Shown here piece after piece: positions 13,150-25,310 of a stretch of DNA of 64,000 nt; the first letter of the stretch is position 1; each line of letters opens with the position of its first letter. The position numbers and the translations under genes are program-made. Origin of the DNA: Octopus sinensis (lineage: Eukaryota); NCBI RefSeq assembly GCF_006345805.1, contig NC_043005.1, forward strand, positions 2,728,001 to 2,792,000, in the 5' to 3' direction. The notes under the pieces are model-generated. The model worked only from the letters and a program-made list of their open reading frames with translations. It did not search any database and was not told the origin of the DNA.

Positions 13150-13510
13150 TTTCAGTTGTTAGGCTATGGCCATGCTGGGGCACCGTCTCAAAGAACTTTT
13201 AGTCAAACGAACCAACCCCAGCGTGTTTTTTTTCTTTTTAAGCCTGGTACTTTTTCTATCGATCTCTCTTGCCAAACTGCTAAGTTATGAGAACATAAAC
13301 ACACCAACACCAGTTGCCAAGTAGTGGAGGGAGGGGTCAAAGACAGACACAAAGACACACACATACATACAACAGGCTTCTTTCAGTTTCCATCGACCAA
13401 ATCTACTCACAAAGCTTTGGTCAACTCATTGCCCAAGGTACCACGCAGTGGGACTGAACCCGGAACTGTGTGGCTGGGAAGCAAACCTCTTACTACACAC
13501 CCACACCTGC
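13150..13510 (-). mobile_element. tRNA-derived CORE-like SINE family C
   Basis: Reverse of the GGCTGTGTGGTAAGAAG...GGTTCAGTCCCACTGCGTGGCACCTTGGGCAA head/core and the GGTGC(T)CCAGCATGGCC tail. Confidence 0.8.
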
Positions 13511-15489
13511 ACCACACACTTACACACCACCACCACCGCTGCCGCCACTCATTTATGCTTCTCTCGGAGACCAAGTTCTCATCCTCAGACAAAACCAGTG
13601 AATATTTTTCAGTCCAGAAAGCAAGGAAAATGTCGAGGTTCCATTTGAAGAGAAAACCAATCTGAGAGTTTAGGAAAGACTTTGGTAGGTTGAAACCTTC
13701 CATCACCTCTGACCCTATTTTATTGAGCCCTGTAGGGTTGATTACCAACAGAAACTAAATCCTATTTAAAAGGTATTTAGCTGGGATCCTCTCTGTTTCC
13801 CAACCAACAGGAAAACCTCTACAGCTGTCATGGATAATCCTTTGGCTCATGGGACTTTCTGACAAAATGCATGAAACATCATCTTGAATTCTTTGCGTCC
13901 ACCTGATGATGAGTCATGTCTCATGCAGCCAACTTCTTTCTATAAAGTTACTTGACCTGCTAGAAATAGCAACCAAATCTTCTTCAAACCACATGTTTCA
14001 GTCTTCGAAAGGAATATGTCGTACAATGAGGTCTTGAGTTCCCTGCATATAATGGTTGGAGGAACTTTCAGCATCGGTCTACTTGACTGGAGCTAATCGA
14101 AATCAAAACTAACAATTGAAACCTCAAAAAAAAAAAGGGAACAAAAACCACACAAACCACCCCTAAAAAGGGCAACATCAACAATAAATAAGCTACAAAC
14201 ATAAACACAAACATATCAGAAACATTAATAGCTTCATTAGACCATAAATTAGTGTCTCGTTAATTAAGTAAAGTAATTAGTCTCTCATGAATAACATCAT
14301 TAGACCAAGATACTGTAACGGTGGCGGGGGAGATGCACCATTAATGGAACAGCCGTTATAAAAAATAATAATTGGCAAGAGATGCTCTGGCAGAATAAAC
14401 TCTACTGCAGTAAGTTCTCAGGAAAGGATCGCTCTTACTGGCTTTTAGTGCAGAATGCAGGCTTGTTTGTTTATATTACAAGCAGGGAGATAACTCCTCA
14501 CCAACTCCAGTGACAAAGCCACCACATCACATGATTTCAATCTTCCTTGATCTCATCAGTGATGGACGCTCGACAGTGAGGGATAGCAGCGACTCACCTT
14601 CACGCTAGGGATATACAGAAAATCCATTCCTGACCAGGCACTGGTGTTGCGATTCGTGACAGAAGCAGTATTGATATTGAGAAGGAATATTTATCTCCAC
14701 ATAAACGTGGATGTTCCGTTAGAACAGACTTTACTGTGATAGCAGCCATGAGAGAACCTCATTTGTATCACTAGCAGCAATGAGATAAACTTTGCACCAA
14801 AAGCCAAGATGAGAGATTCTCTCAGGGTTATTGCTGCAGTATGGTCTGTTCTAACAGAACATTTCAAGTTTCAGTGAGGATAAATATTAGCAACTGTTAT
14901 GTTCTAACTGACTAAGTCCACCTTGGTAGCATTGGAGAAGTACATGTTTAATGTACCCCATTAAGCACCAGATTTTGGGGTGGGTCACAAAGCCACCACC
15001 ATACACTGCAGAAATAGACTGGACATGTGGTCTTTTAGTAAATTAATTTGGTATCTAAAAGACCACAATAAACAATTTAATTTAGATTGCTTGATTCTCT
15101 CATTTTCAATACCTTATGATAAAGGCAAGGAATTCTGTCTTCTCTGAAATTCTGAGTTATTTTTCATGATTTTTTCAAAAAATCCCCTCGTAAACACAGT
15201 TATAGAGAGAGCATACCAATGTAAACATTGGCAAAAACACACATTTAGTGCATATAAGTAATCTCTATCATTATATATAATTTAAACATTAATTTTTTTC
15301 TTCTTACATTTCACATTCACAAGATATATCTTTTTCCAAGACTTTAGGGTTTTATTTAATTTACATATCGTTATATACTTCTCATTTATTTCACAACCTG
15401 AACCACAAGTAATACAGCTCCTAACTTACCTGTAATCAACTCAACACATATTACCTGACAATATGTGGCTGACACACAATGCTTAGCAA

Positions 15490-15830
15490 ACGGGGGAGAA
15501 TGCTGAGCAGAATTTAGTCTGTCTTTATGGTCTGAGTTGAACTTTGCCTTTCATCCTTTTGGGATTGATAAAATAAGTACCAGTTGCATACTGGGGTCAA
15601 TATAATTGACTCCCCCACCCCCAAACTTGCTGTCCTTCTGCCAATATATTCTTTTCTATTCTAGGCACAAGGCCCAAAATTTGGGGGGAAGGGGTCAGTC
15701 AATTAGATTGACCCCAGTATGCAACTGGTACTTAATTCATAGACCCCCGAAAGGATGAAAGGCAAAGTCAACCTCAACAGAATTTGAACTCAGAACGTAA
15801 AGACAGGTGAAATACCACTAACGATTCTAC
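15490..15830. mobile_element. Two family B SINEs tail-to-tail (inverted pair)
   Basis: About 15538-15612 is reverse-complementary to about 15698-15772. Confidence 0.8.
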
Positions 15831-16007
15831 CAGCTCACCACCTTCTTGTGCCAATACATTAATATATCAATGGTAAAACATATGGAAGAATTTGTCTCCA
15901 AACTCCAATGTTTTCAGATCCAACCAGATTCTCTGGCCACCAAACTCAGATTTTTCACCCAGCATGCATCATCTTTTAACTTTATTATTATACACCAACA
16001 TCACTTC

Positions 16008-16277
16008 ATTGGCACCTGCGTCGGTGGCACGTGTAAAAAGATTTGAGCGAGGTCATTGCCAGTACCACCTGACTGGCCCCCATGCAGGTGGCACGTAAAA
16101 AGCACCCACTACACTCTTGGAGTGGTTGACGTTATGAAGGGCATCCAGCTGTAGAAACTCTGCCAGATCAAGACTGGAGCCAGGTGCAGCCATCTGGTTG
16201 CCAGCCCTCAGTCAAAACCGTCCAACCCATGCTAGCATGGAAGGCGGACGTTAAGCGATGATGATGATGATGATGAC
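16008..16277 (+). mobile_element. SINE-like family A copy
   Basis: Same body and (GAT)n tail. Confidence 0.85.
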
Positions 16278-16771
16278 ACCAATATCAAAGTCATTTGGAC
16301 CCAACACAACTGCTCCTTAAATTATGTTTTAACACCTCACTTTAAATTAAACCACTTCGCTTGCCCTTATTTTTGCTAATGAACAACATTTATACTTCCA
16401 TGTAAACAGAGACTTCAAAGTCACTCTCAACCTTTTCCTTGTAAAAATTGAATAAATATGATCCCCTACTCAAAAGTGCTGAGCAATCTTTGAACTTAAA
16501 TGTTAAATTGTTTTTGTATCCAACCTGACATTAACCCTTTCAATACCAACCCGGCTGAAGCTGCCTCTGGCTCTCTAGGACAAATGTCTTGTTTCCATAA
16601 GTTTTGAATTAAAATCTTCCACCAAACAATTTATGTTCTTAACACTAGCTAAATGATAACCAAGTTATTTTACTAGATTCTTTGTTATATTTAAAATTAA
16701 TTGAAAGAAACAGAGAGAATCTCAACAGAAATATGGTAACGAAAGGGTTAAAAGAAATAATAAATGTGTGC

Positions 16772-16805
<34 letters not shown>

Positions 16806-17099
16806 GTATATGTATGTATGTATGTCTGTCTGTATGAATGTACGTCTGTCTGTCTGTATGAATGTATGCATGAGAAAGTAAATAAAAAAAGCGTATTGTT
16901 ATTTAAAACAGACGGGAAAAAAAGAAATCAAGAAAAGATTAGAGGAATCCCTAAATTGAAGCCCAGCATAAGTTTAACGACAACAACAACAACAACAACA
17001 GCAACAGCAACTGTCCCCTTCAGCTGCCATTATGTAGAATGGTGAGGGATAAAGGAAAAGGCTAACACATTTCAGTGCTTCCTGTGTTAGAAAACAAAC

Positions 17100-17252
17100 C
17101 TGGATTTTATTCCTCCTCCTGTGTTCGGCATTGATATGAGAGACTCTTTTATGGCGAGGAAGTGGGTTCGTTTGTCGTCCAGGTTTCTTACCATTCTTAG
17201 GTTCTGGTGACGGTGTGGGGGAAGATAAAGAGTCAGTGTTAGACAGAATCAT
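17100..17252 (-). CDS. bHLH gene exon encoding the basic region (MILSNTDS...PRHKRVSHINAEHRRRNKIQ)
   Basis: Acceptor tgtgtatttttcAG|ATG and donor CAG|GTTTGT; 153 bp, phase 0-0. HxxxExxRR is the group-B bHLH basic-region pattern. Confidence 0.9.
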
Positions 17253-19744
17253 CTGAAAAATACACAGAAAATCACTATTATTCACCTGTGATGCTAAAAA
17301 AAACACATGCAAATGAGAATATTGGCAGATCTCTTATCATTATTAGTTATAGGACAATTTTGGTAGCTACAACATGATGGGAATGGACTTGACAACAACC
17401 TTGGCCACCACCTTTTTGAATTTCATGTCTAACACTCTCCTGAACCTGCTTACAGAATCAAAACACAAAACACAGCACCCGTGACTTTCAGAAACAATTT
17501 TCAGACTCAGAATTGCTGAAGCATGGAATAAATTACCCACATCAGTTGTCAGCTGTCAGCTGACACTGCATCCTTCAAAACTTGCTTCCTGAAATCTGCC
17601 AACAAATACACCTGATGCCCCCTGTTTTTTGGGGTTTTTTTTAAACAATTCATTCACTGTTCCCTTCCTGTGCATTACTCTGTGTCTTCAGCATAAACGT
17701 TTCGCTACCTTTTCTGATGTGTTGTATGGCACCTGAGCACTGCAAACAATCACTTCACAATTATTACAGATATTACAATATTGAGTGAACATTGTATTAT
17801 CTCTTTTAATCTGTCTGCAGAAAGAAAAAAGTTTTTTTATTATAAACAAGTACTGTCTACAAGTAGTGAAACTCACAGCTTGTTGCCTGGTTCTCAGCCA
17901 GAGATTTTCATGTTAAGGTCTCAGTGAGTAGATCCCTTATTTTATGACCATACCAAACCTGTGAAGTTAGTTAGGTCATCTGAGGATATTAATTACAATA
18001 ATCCAGCTTTGATCAAACTTGACCAAGGTGAGTCAACAACAATAACCTGCCAAGTTTCTAGTTCCATATCACATCAAATGAAATGACAAACAGTTACCAT
18101 GGGAACATGAACTGGCTGGAACTGAAGTCATCATTATCACCGTGAGAGAGAAAATCATTTTGGCTCAGAACAGTCAATCAGAACCTTTTGTAACGAAGAC
18201 ACCTTAATCACTGAATGACATTTTGCAAACAAAAAAAAACAAAAATAGATTATCTCTTTTAATCAAACAGAAACTAATTTTTTCAAGTTGTTTATGAATC
18301 CATATCTTTTTATACTGTCCCATGTCTTTTCAGATATTTGCATGGGCTAATGCCCCCGTCAGGTGAAGGATCTCATCACAGGCTGATGAGACCTGCTACT
18401 GACACCATGTAAACATGTTTCCTGGTTGAATGGTCAGCAACTGGTGCCCCCTACTTAAATGGCTTACTCCACTTGTGAGGAGGGTGTCTGGACAAGCAGT
18501 AAGATTGAAAACAAGATTTGTCAAAGGGCACGTGAGCTCCTTGTTGGCCGACAGCCATCCAGTTGGGGAATGCAATGGCAAATCCCCATAATATCTCTGC
18601 CAAGTAAACACTATGAGAAAGTCAGAACAAAGTCACTTTTGCTGTAGTGTCATCAACACATTGCAAAAAGTGCCCCTGGGTTCAGTTTTGTAGAAATTTC
18701 TAAAACAAAATTATATTGGAGACATCATCAGTCATGCTTCTGCTCACTTCTAACACAATGTCCTTCAATATAGAGACATTTGTGTGGACTAGTGCCCTTT
18801 GTGTTAAATTTCTTAAGAAGGCAAAGGCTTTTGTAATGAAATTATATTGGACCTTGGTATAACATCAAAGTCATGTTTCTCTTCACTGATAACACAATGC
18901 CATAGGTTTTATTCAAAAATGTGTTTAAAATAGAATTATTGTTCATGGTTTAGGACATTTTATTTCTAAAACCACACCCTCTCCTCCAAACACCTCACCC
19001 CCACAGCACCTCCTAGACACATGTCACCTTCTCAAGAGTCCCCAAGGTCTCACACAGGGCACAACCACTCAGGTTACCTTCCAACGATTTAGACCCACTT
19101 ATGACACTCTGCTTCATGGCATTAAAATGGTGATCCTTGCAGGGAAGGAGCAACTACCATTAAACATTTTCACTCCATATTATTTAAGCAAGATATCTTA
19201 ATTCACAGAATCCATCTTCAAAGTGGTGATGAAAGCAGAAACTAAACTCAACATTGCAGGTTAATCAAATATTCTTCAGACTCAGATTTCTGTCATTGCT
19301 TAGCAACAAGCTTTTTCCCATTGGCTAAACTCAAGACACAATGCTGGCATCTTGGCTTTGAGATATCCCGTCTCCTCAATTATTAGCCATCTATACTAAG
19401 GTACGCAATAACCAATGACAAGGTCTAGATTCTACATCTCCCATGTATGACCTTGTTTCCTAAGGCAGGACACAGTCTCTCATGTGCCTCTAACATGTCT
19501 TACAAGTGTTTTTATTACCAACACCAAGCACCTACATCTTACGATTCTCTATTGTTCTGTAGGTTCTTTTAGTTTCCTTTAGAAACTTGAAGAAAAGTAA
19601 TGCTGAAAATAGTAAATGTTCAAAGCCCACCTCTTTTATTTAGGATTAACTAAAAGACTTTTCCAGGTGGTGCTACTGAGTTAGTCATGGCCAAAACCAA
19701 TTTAAGTTATCTAAGTTATATATATATATATTTAAGGACAGCAT

Positions 19745-20270
19745 AAGGACTACTATGAAGTCACTGGAAAACCGTTGCTTCGGATCGAGTTGGATGGCGA
19801 ACAAAGGTGTGGAGTGGAGTGAAAGCATTTGAAGAGGCCAGGATAACACAAGTAAGACTCAAAAGAGGTCCAAGGAAGAATGTTACGATCGAGACGGTGA
19901 ATCACGATGACCTTTTTGTTCTGCACAGTTTGTGACAGACCATGTCTTTCTTTTGTGCTGGGCTCAGATCTCATTTGCGAACCCATGGAAAACGAACCTC
20001 CACCAACTATTCTGCCTATATGTCTGTGCACACCTTTGAATGCAAGGTATGCCTGAAGGTTTGCAAATCTAACGGAGGCCTCAAAAGACATTTTAAGATC
20101 CACAAAGAGCAGAACTTATCTGCAGCTTTTGGGGGTCCAAATCAGAGGTGCAAACGACGTGGGTGTCTTTTCAGGACACTGTCTGGTTTAAAGAGCCACA
20201 TCAGATGCCATTATGGTGCTAAGGTGTAGATGAAGGAGGTGGTCAGACTCTGCATAAGGAGTAGACAACC

Positions 20271-20275
<5 letters not shown>
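19745..20275 (+). mobile_element. 3' end of an RTE-type LINE with C-terminal C2H2 fingers
   Basis: WKTVASDRVGWRTKVWSGVKAFEEAR (RTE C-terminal pattern), then CTVCDRPC..GLRSHLRTH, CKVCLKVCKSNGGLKRHFKIH and CKRRGCLFRTLSGLKSHIRCH; flanked by (TA)n. Confidence 0.75.
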
Positions 20276-20306
<31 letters not shown>

Positions 20307-21353
20307 CCGAAATGTATAGTATTAAATATCCATCATGGCTGGTCTTACCAATCAGTTTCGTGTAAAGACTACAATGGAGTGTTAGGTAACAAACCAATCA
20401 TATAACTTTACGCTCATCAGAGTCAGCTGATCACCATGGAAAGGAATGTGGTGACTGCTCTCTCAGTGAATATATTTTATACAATCATCATTTTAACGTC
20501 TGCTCTTCCATGCTTGCATGTGTCAGACAGAATTTGTTGAAGCAGATTCTCTCTTGCTGGATGTCCTTCCAGTCACCAGCCCTTAACTGCTTCCAAACAA
20601 GGAAATATTTTCCCAGGGGTGGCCAGACATGGCTTGGCAGAAGATTGGAAAGGAATATTGATTTACAGCAATCACTTGATATCAAGATAAGGAGAAACAA
20701 ACATTTACAAATACACATAGATATATACAATGGACTTCTTCAGCTTCCATCTACCAAATCCATTAACAAAACTTTGGTCTGCCTGAGGCTAGGGTAGAAA
20801 AGAGACACCCACCCAGGGTACCCGGCAGTGAGACTGAACCCAAAATCATTTGATTGAGAGGGAAATTTAACTATGGAAATGGTAAAAATTGAAAGCTGAT
20901 GGCTAACAACTTTGCTATTCTCCCATAAATTTGTTAAATGTTTTCTAATGTTGCAGTCAGGTCCAGTTAAGTGTGGTCGGGGTCACGCACCATTGCAGTG
21001 TGTTGCTGCATTCACCATTTGTTGGTATATTCCCAGGTTGTCTTAGGCAACCTAGCCAGTCCCCACCTCTGTGAGATACCTCCTCAACTGCTGTGACTAT
21101 ATGGCATGTGGTTGACCAGCTGTCAACCAAGCCAGACCCTCAGTGAAGAGAATACAATAAGTAGGGTCTAACTCAGAAAACTCAAGCAACATGACCAAAC
21201 AGTTCTGGGCCTGGGGGGTGGGGGCTGAATCATACAAGTAACAAGACACGTCCTAGTCTCTAAACAGAATCACTGGTTGGATACAAAATCCAGCCAAGAG
21301 CAACCCATGATCTTGCGAAACATCCTGAGGCTGAAGGAGTTCAGGAAGTTCCC

Positions 21354-21417
21354 AAGGACCCTGGACAGTGTTCCTAAGGACCCTGGACAGTGTTCCTAAG
21401 GACCCTGGACAGTGTTC
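21354..21417. repeat. Perfect 22-bp tandem repeat AAGGACCCTGGACAGTGTTCCT, about 2.9 copies
   Basis: Contiguous units with no spacers. Confidence 0.95.
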
Positions 21418-22174
21418 AGGTCTCACAACTCTTGTGTAATGTTGCAGTTCTGGGTTAAAATTCTTCTGGAGAATATAGTTTTGAGGTGGCTGGGCCCCAG
21501 CAAACTGAGGACATGGAAATGAAAGTTTCAATGATATTCTTAAAATCCATTCAACTTAGGGACCCATCAGCTCCAGATTTGCAAAGATAAATTATCATTG
21601 ATACTAAATATAATGATACACATGACTAAGAAAACAGAGTAAAGAGACAAGAGAGGTCAGAGGTGTGTCTCCAGTCAAGCAACACTGCATTTTATTGTAC
21701 GCTGGACCAGGACACTCAATACTTAAATGATGCAGTCTAGCTGTAATTAAATACCACAAGGTATCAACAACTCACCACTGTAAACAGTAGCAGCATAGTA
21801 AAATTGACAAATGGTTCATAAGTCAGTAGCGTAAAGTTCAATGGTTCTTATGGACTTTGAATAATCTTTGGACTTACTGCAAGAAAACTGCCAACAAGCA
21901 ACCGACTCATAGAACTCTCTGGAACACCTAATTGTTTCAGTCATTAGATTGTGGCCATACTGGGGCACTGCTTTGAGGAATTTTAACCAAATGAATCGGC
22001 CCCCAACTCTTTCTTTTTAAACTTGATACTTTTTCTGTCTCCTTTGCTGAACTGTTAAGTCACAGTGGTGTAAACAACACCAGTTGTCAAGCAGCAGCCA
22101 GGGACAAACGCACAAAGTCACCCACATAACCACCCGCCTACCAACTCACATACTTATATAGATACATAAATATA

Positions 22175-22460
22175 TCATCATCATCGTTTAACGTCCGTTT
22201 TCCATGCTAGCACGGGTTGGACGGTTCGACTGGGGTCTGGGAAGCCAGGAGGCTGCACCAGGCTCCAGTCTGATCTGGCAGGGTTTCTACAGCTGGATGC
22301 CCTTCCTAACGCCAACCACTCCGCGAGCGTAGTGGGTGCTTTTTACGTGCCACCGGCACAGGTGCCAGGGGAGTCTGGCATCGGCCACGATCGGTTGGTG
22401 CTTTTAACGTGCCACCGGCACGGAAGCCAGCCAAGGCGGCGCTGGCATTGGCCACGTTCG
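22175..22460 (-). mobile_element. SINE-like family A copy (inverted partner of 22616-22778)
   Basis: (CAT)n followed by the reverse complement of the family A body. Confidence 0.88.
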
Positions 22461-22466
22461 GATGGG

Positions 22467-22497
<31 letters not shown>

Positions 22498-22615
22498 TAC
22501 ATATATATATATATAGTTAATCCAAACATGAAAACACAACAACGCTAGTACGTGGAACAACTATAGTGTTATTGGACGCTCAGGAAAGGAAAGAAATATA
22601 TATATATATATAAAA

Positions 22616-22778
22616 ACCCACTACACTCACGGAGTGGTAGGCGTTAGGAAGGGCATCTAGCTGTAGAAATACTGCCAGATCAGACTGGAGCCTGGTGCAG
22701 CCTCCTGGCTTCCCAGACCCCAGTCGAACCGTCCAACCCATATTAGCATGGAAAACGGACGTTAAACGATGATGATGA
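22616..22778 (+). mobile_element. 5'-truncated SINE-like family A copy
   Basis: Family A 3' body and (GAT)n tail. Confidence 0.88.
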
Positions 22779-24400
22779 CAACATACATACATACATACAT
22801 GCATGCATGCATACATACATACATACATACAGATGTGAAAAGAATTGAGGGAGGACGAGTAATTCACACACATTATCAAAATCTATTAGGAACCCATTTA
22901 ATATTTTTTCTTTCCCATATCCCTCAGATTCCGACGGTATTGTAATTTACGGTACTATTTAAGAAGGGTGGTCCCGAAATGTATCTCTGGAAAATTTCAT
23001 TTAAAAATATCCACTTTTCAGAAAGTTACGAAGAACGTGACACACATCTGTAGTTAAACAAATCAAGCCATGTCCTTTACGTGTTTAATCCTACATTAAA
23101 TATTTAATAAAAATTATCTTTTTATTTTGGGCAAGAATCCTAATTTTTTTAATATTCTTTATCTTTTTAAATTGGAAATTATAATCCAACTAAAAAGAAT
23201 TTATTTTTCCTCAAAATTTCAGTGTTTCATTCTTTAAACCCCTTTTGTCCTCCTCCATCCCGCAACTTTGCCATTTTAAGCGTTTTTTCTCCCTCGAAAT
23301 TGCGTTGAGAATTGTATTTAAAGTTTGGAGTTGTCGATTATACAAAAATAAATTTTTCCACATTTCTCGATTGATGGCGGGGGAATGTTGAGGCAGATTT
23401 GCAGTCGGTTGGTTCAAGAGAAATTCTTCCGTTAATAAAAGTATTTCATTCTGGGGAACATCAGCATAACCGTACCCTTGAGTCTTATGTTAAACAATTA
23501 TATACCCAGGATGTTTGGCTCTCGAAACTATTCTGAAAACAATTCTTGTCCAAAAGTAGCACTGGATAAGTAATTGCAATATTTCAAGTGGTTAAAAGAA
23601 ATTTATAAAGACCCCATATTCTATCATTTAACTCGAGAAGTTTTGCTAAAATATTTTTTTGAGAAAGAATTCTCTAACTTTTTTTTTCTTCGAAACTCCG
23701 CCTAATTATCAAATTTGTGAAAATTCTAGTTTTGCACAATCTTTTTTTTTTATCCGAAAGAAATCGAAAATGGAAAAATTGCGGGTGTTTAGTACTCTCT
23801 CTCTCTCTCCCTCCCTTAATGCTGAAGTAGCAGGACAAAAACTATGGAATGGGAAATTTTGAAAAAATATCTTTTTTTCTTTTTGACATAACTGCATTCT
23901 CTACTGTTTGAAACATGTAAACTTAAAATAATAAAGAAAAAACAATTTTCAAAAATGAAATGAAGGCAAAATGTTAAAAAAATTATTATTCTTAAAAGTA
24001 ATTTTCGAAAATGTTAGTATGGAAAGACTTCCTCCCGTCCTGGGGCCGAGGGTACAAAAGGAAGTCTTGCTATTATTATAGAATTACTGCCATGTGGCCT
24101 AACTTTAATTTTAAAATAAAACTGTAGTATGTGATTTGAGAGCTATTTCTAGCAAATAGACCCATCACGTAGAAGCCCCCTCCCTGGTTGTGGCAGGTGG
24201 TGGAAGGAACTTCTACCCCCCCCCCCCTACTATTCTCTGATTCACAATTAACTCAAGTTCAAGGTGAATGAACCACTTACTGACGCCACCACAACTGTTA
24301 ACTACTCCTCACACTACCACCATTTACTACTATTACTCCCACCACCTTGTGGTGAGTGCGTGTGTGTAATTCTCGACATTGACATAACTAACGCGTTTTG

Positions 24401-24475
24401 ATTGGCTCAACGGCGATGACGTCACACACTCAGTATATAACTAATTTCTCCGCTGTTTCAAGTTCTTGCCAGTTG
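24401..24475 (+). promoter_or_regulatory. Compact promoter-like module: CCAAT box, CRE, TATA
   Basis: ATTGG at 24401-24405, TGACGTCA at 24417-24424, TATATAA at 24434-24440 in a CpG-enriched patch; ETS-like CCGGAAG about 60 bp downstream. Confidence 0.6.
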
Positions 24476-25310
24476 CGGATTCGTAGAGAGAAGACCTCCG
24501 GAAGAATTGATGGTGTGCACTGGAGTTGTGCCAGTTTAGGAAAAAGTACTTAAAAAGGAAAAACTCCTGGCACAGAGAGAACAGCGCATATTTTTGAAGC
24601 TATACACAAATGATACACCGTTTGAGAAGATAAGTAAAAAAAAAAAAGGATTACAGAAAAAATTATTAACCTTAAAGTAATAAAAAAAAAGAAGAAAATA
24701 ATTATTGATTGCCACATGGACGAATCTCTGTTAATTTTATTTTGTTTTTATAATTAATTAAATTTTCATCTCATATCAAACTACTTTTAATTGTCTGTTA
24801 CGATGTTTTATAACGATTAATAATCATTTCAACTTGTAATTAACTTCTTTACAAACTTTTTCGCTTGAGACATAAAACGTGGACATTAAGCTTTTTTTCC
24901 CCCAATATTATACTCTATGTTGATGTAACATTTCCCTCGAGTTATATATTTGCAGAAATTCCAAAGCAACACGCACCATCAGCATTATTATTAATCATGA
25001 AGGCTGAAATTTTTAAAACGAAGATAAATTGCTTTTTATGGAAAATCTGGCTCTCCTGAAAATAAAGTGAAGCAGTTCCCCACGCAGAATTAATGTAGGT
25101 CGTGGACTCAGAACGTATGCTTCAACAGGATTTCTTACCAAATGTTAAAAGATTTCAAACATTTTCGATCCCACCACTCAGAATTTCTCAATGAAAACTT
25201 TGGGAAAGTTTCAGAGAATGTGGAAGATTAATTGGAGCTGAAAAATGAGTTCCCGAAGATCCCAGCCCTGGAAACTATGATGATGATGATAATGTTTTAT
25301 ATATTGTTAC

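Noticed and set aside
14598-14700. Candidate bHLH exon ending in a strong AAG|GTGAGT donor
   Set aside because: The compatible frame has an upstream stop with no good acceptor and no bHLH similarity; exons 2 and 3 already join seamlessly.
18340-18410. Hairpin TCTCATCA/TGATGAGA with partial HDV- or hammerhead-like features in an RTE-like 5' remnant
   Set aside because: P1/P2 pairings of the HDV fold and the GAAA/stem III of a hammerhead could not be built.
19942-20229. Host C2H2 zinc-finger gene
   Set aside because: Contiguous with an RTE C-terminal motif, frameshifted, no TGEKP linkers, flanked by (TA)n.
21354-21417. 22-bp direct repeats resembling a CRISPR array
   Set aside because: Units are contiguous with no spacers, there are no cas genes, and the context is eukaryotic.
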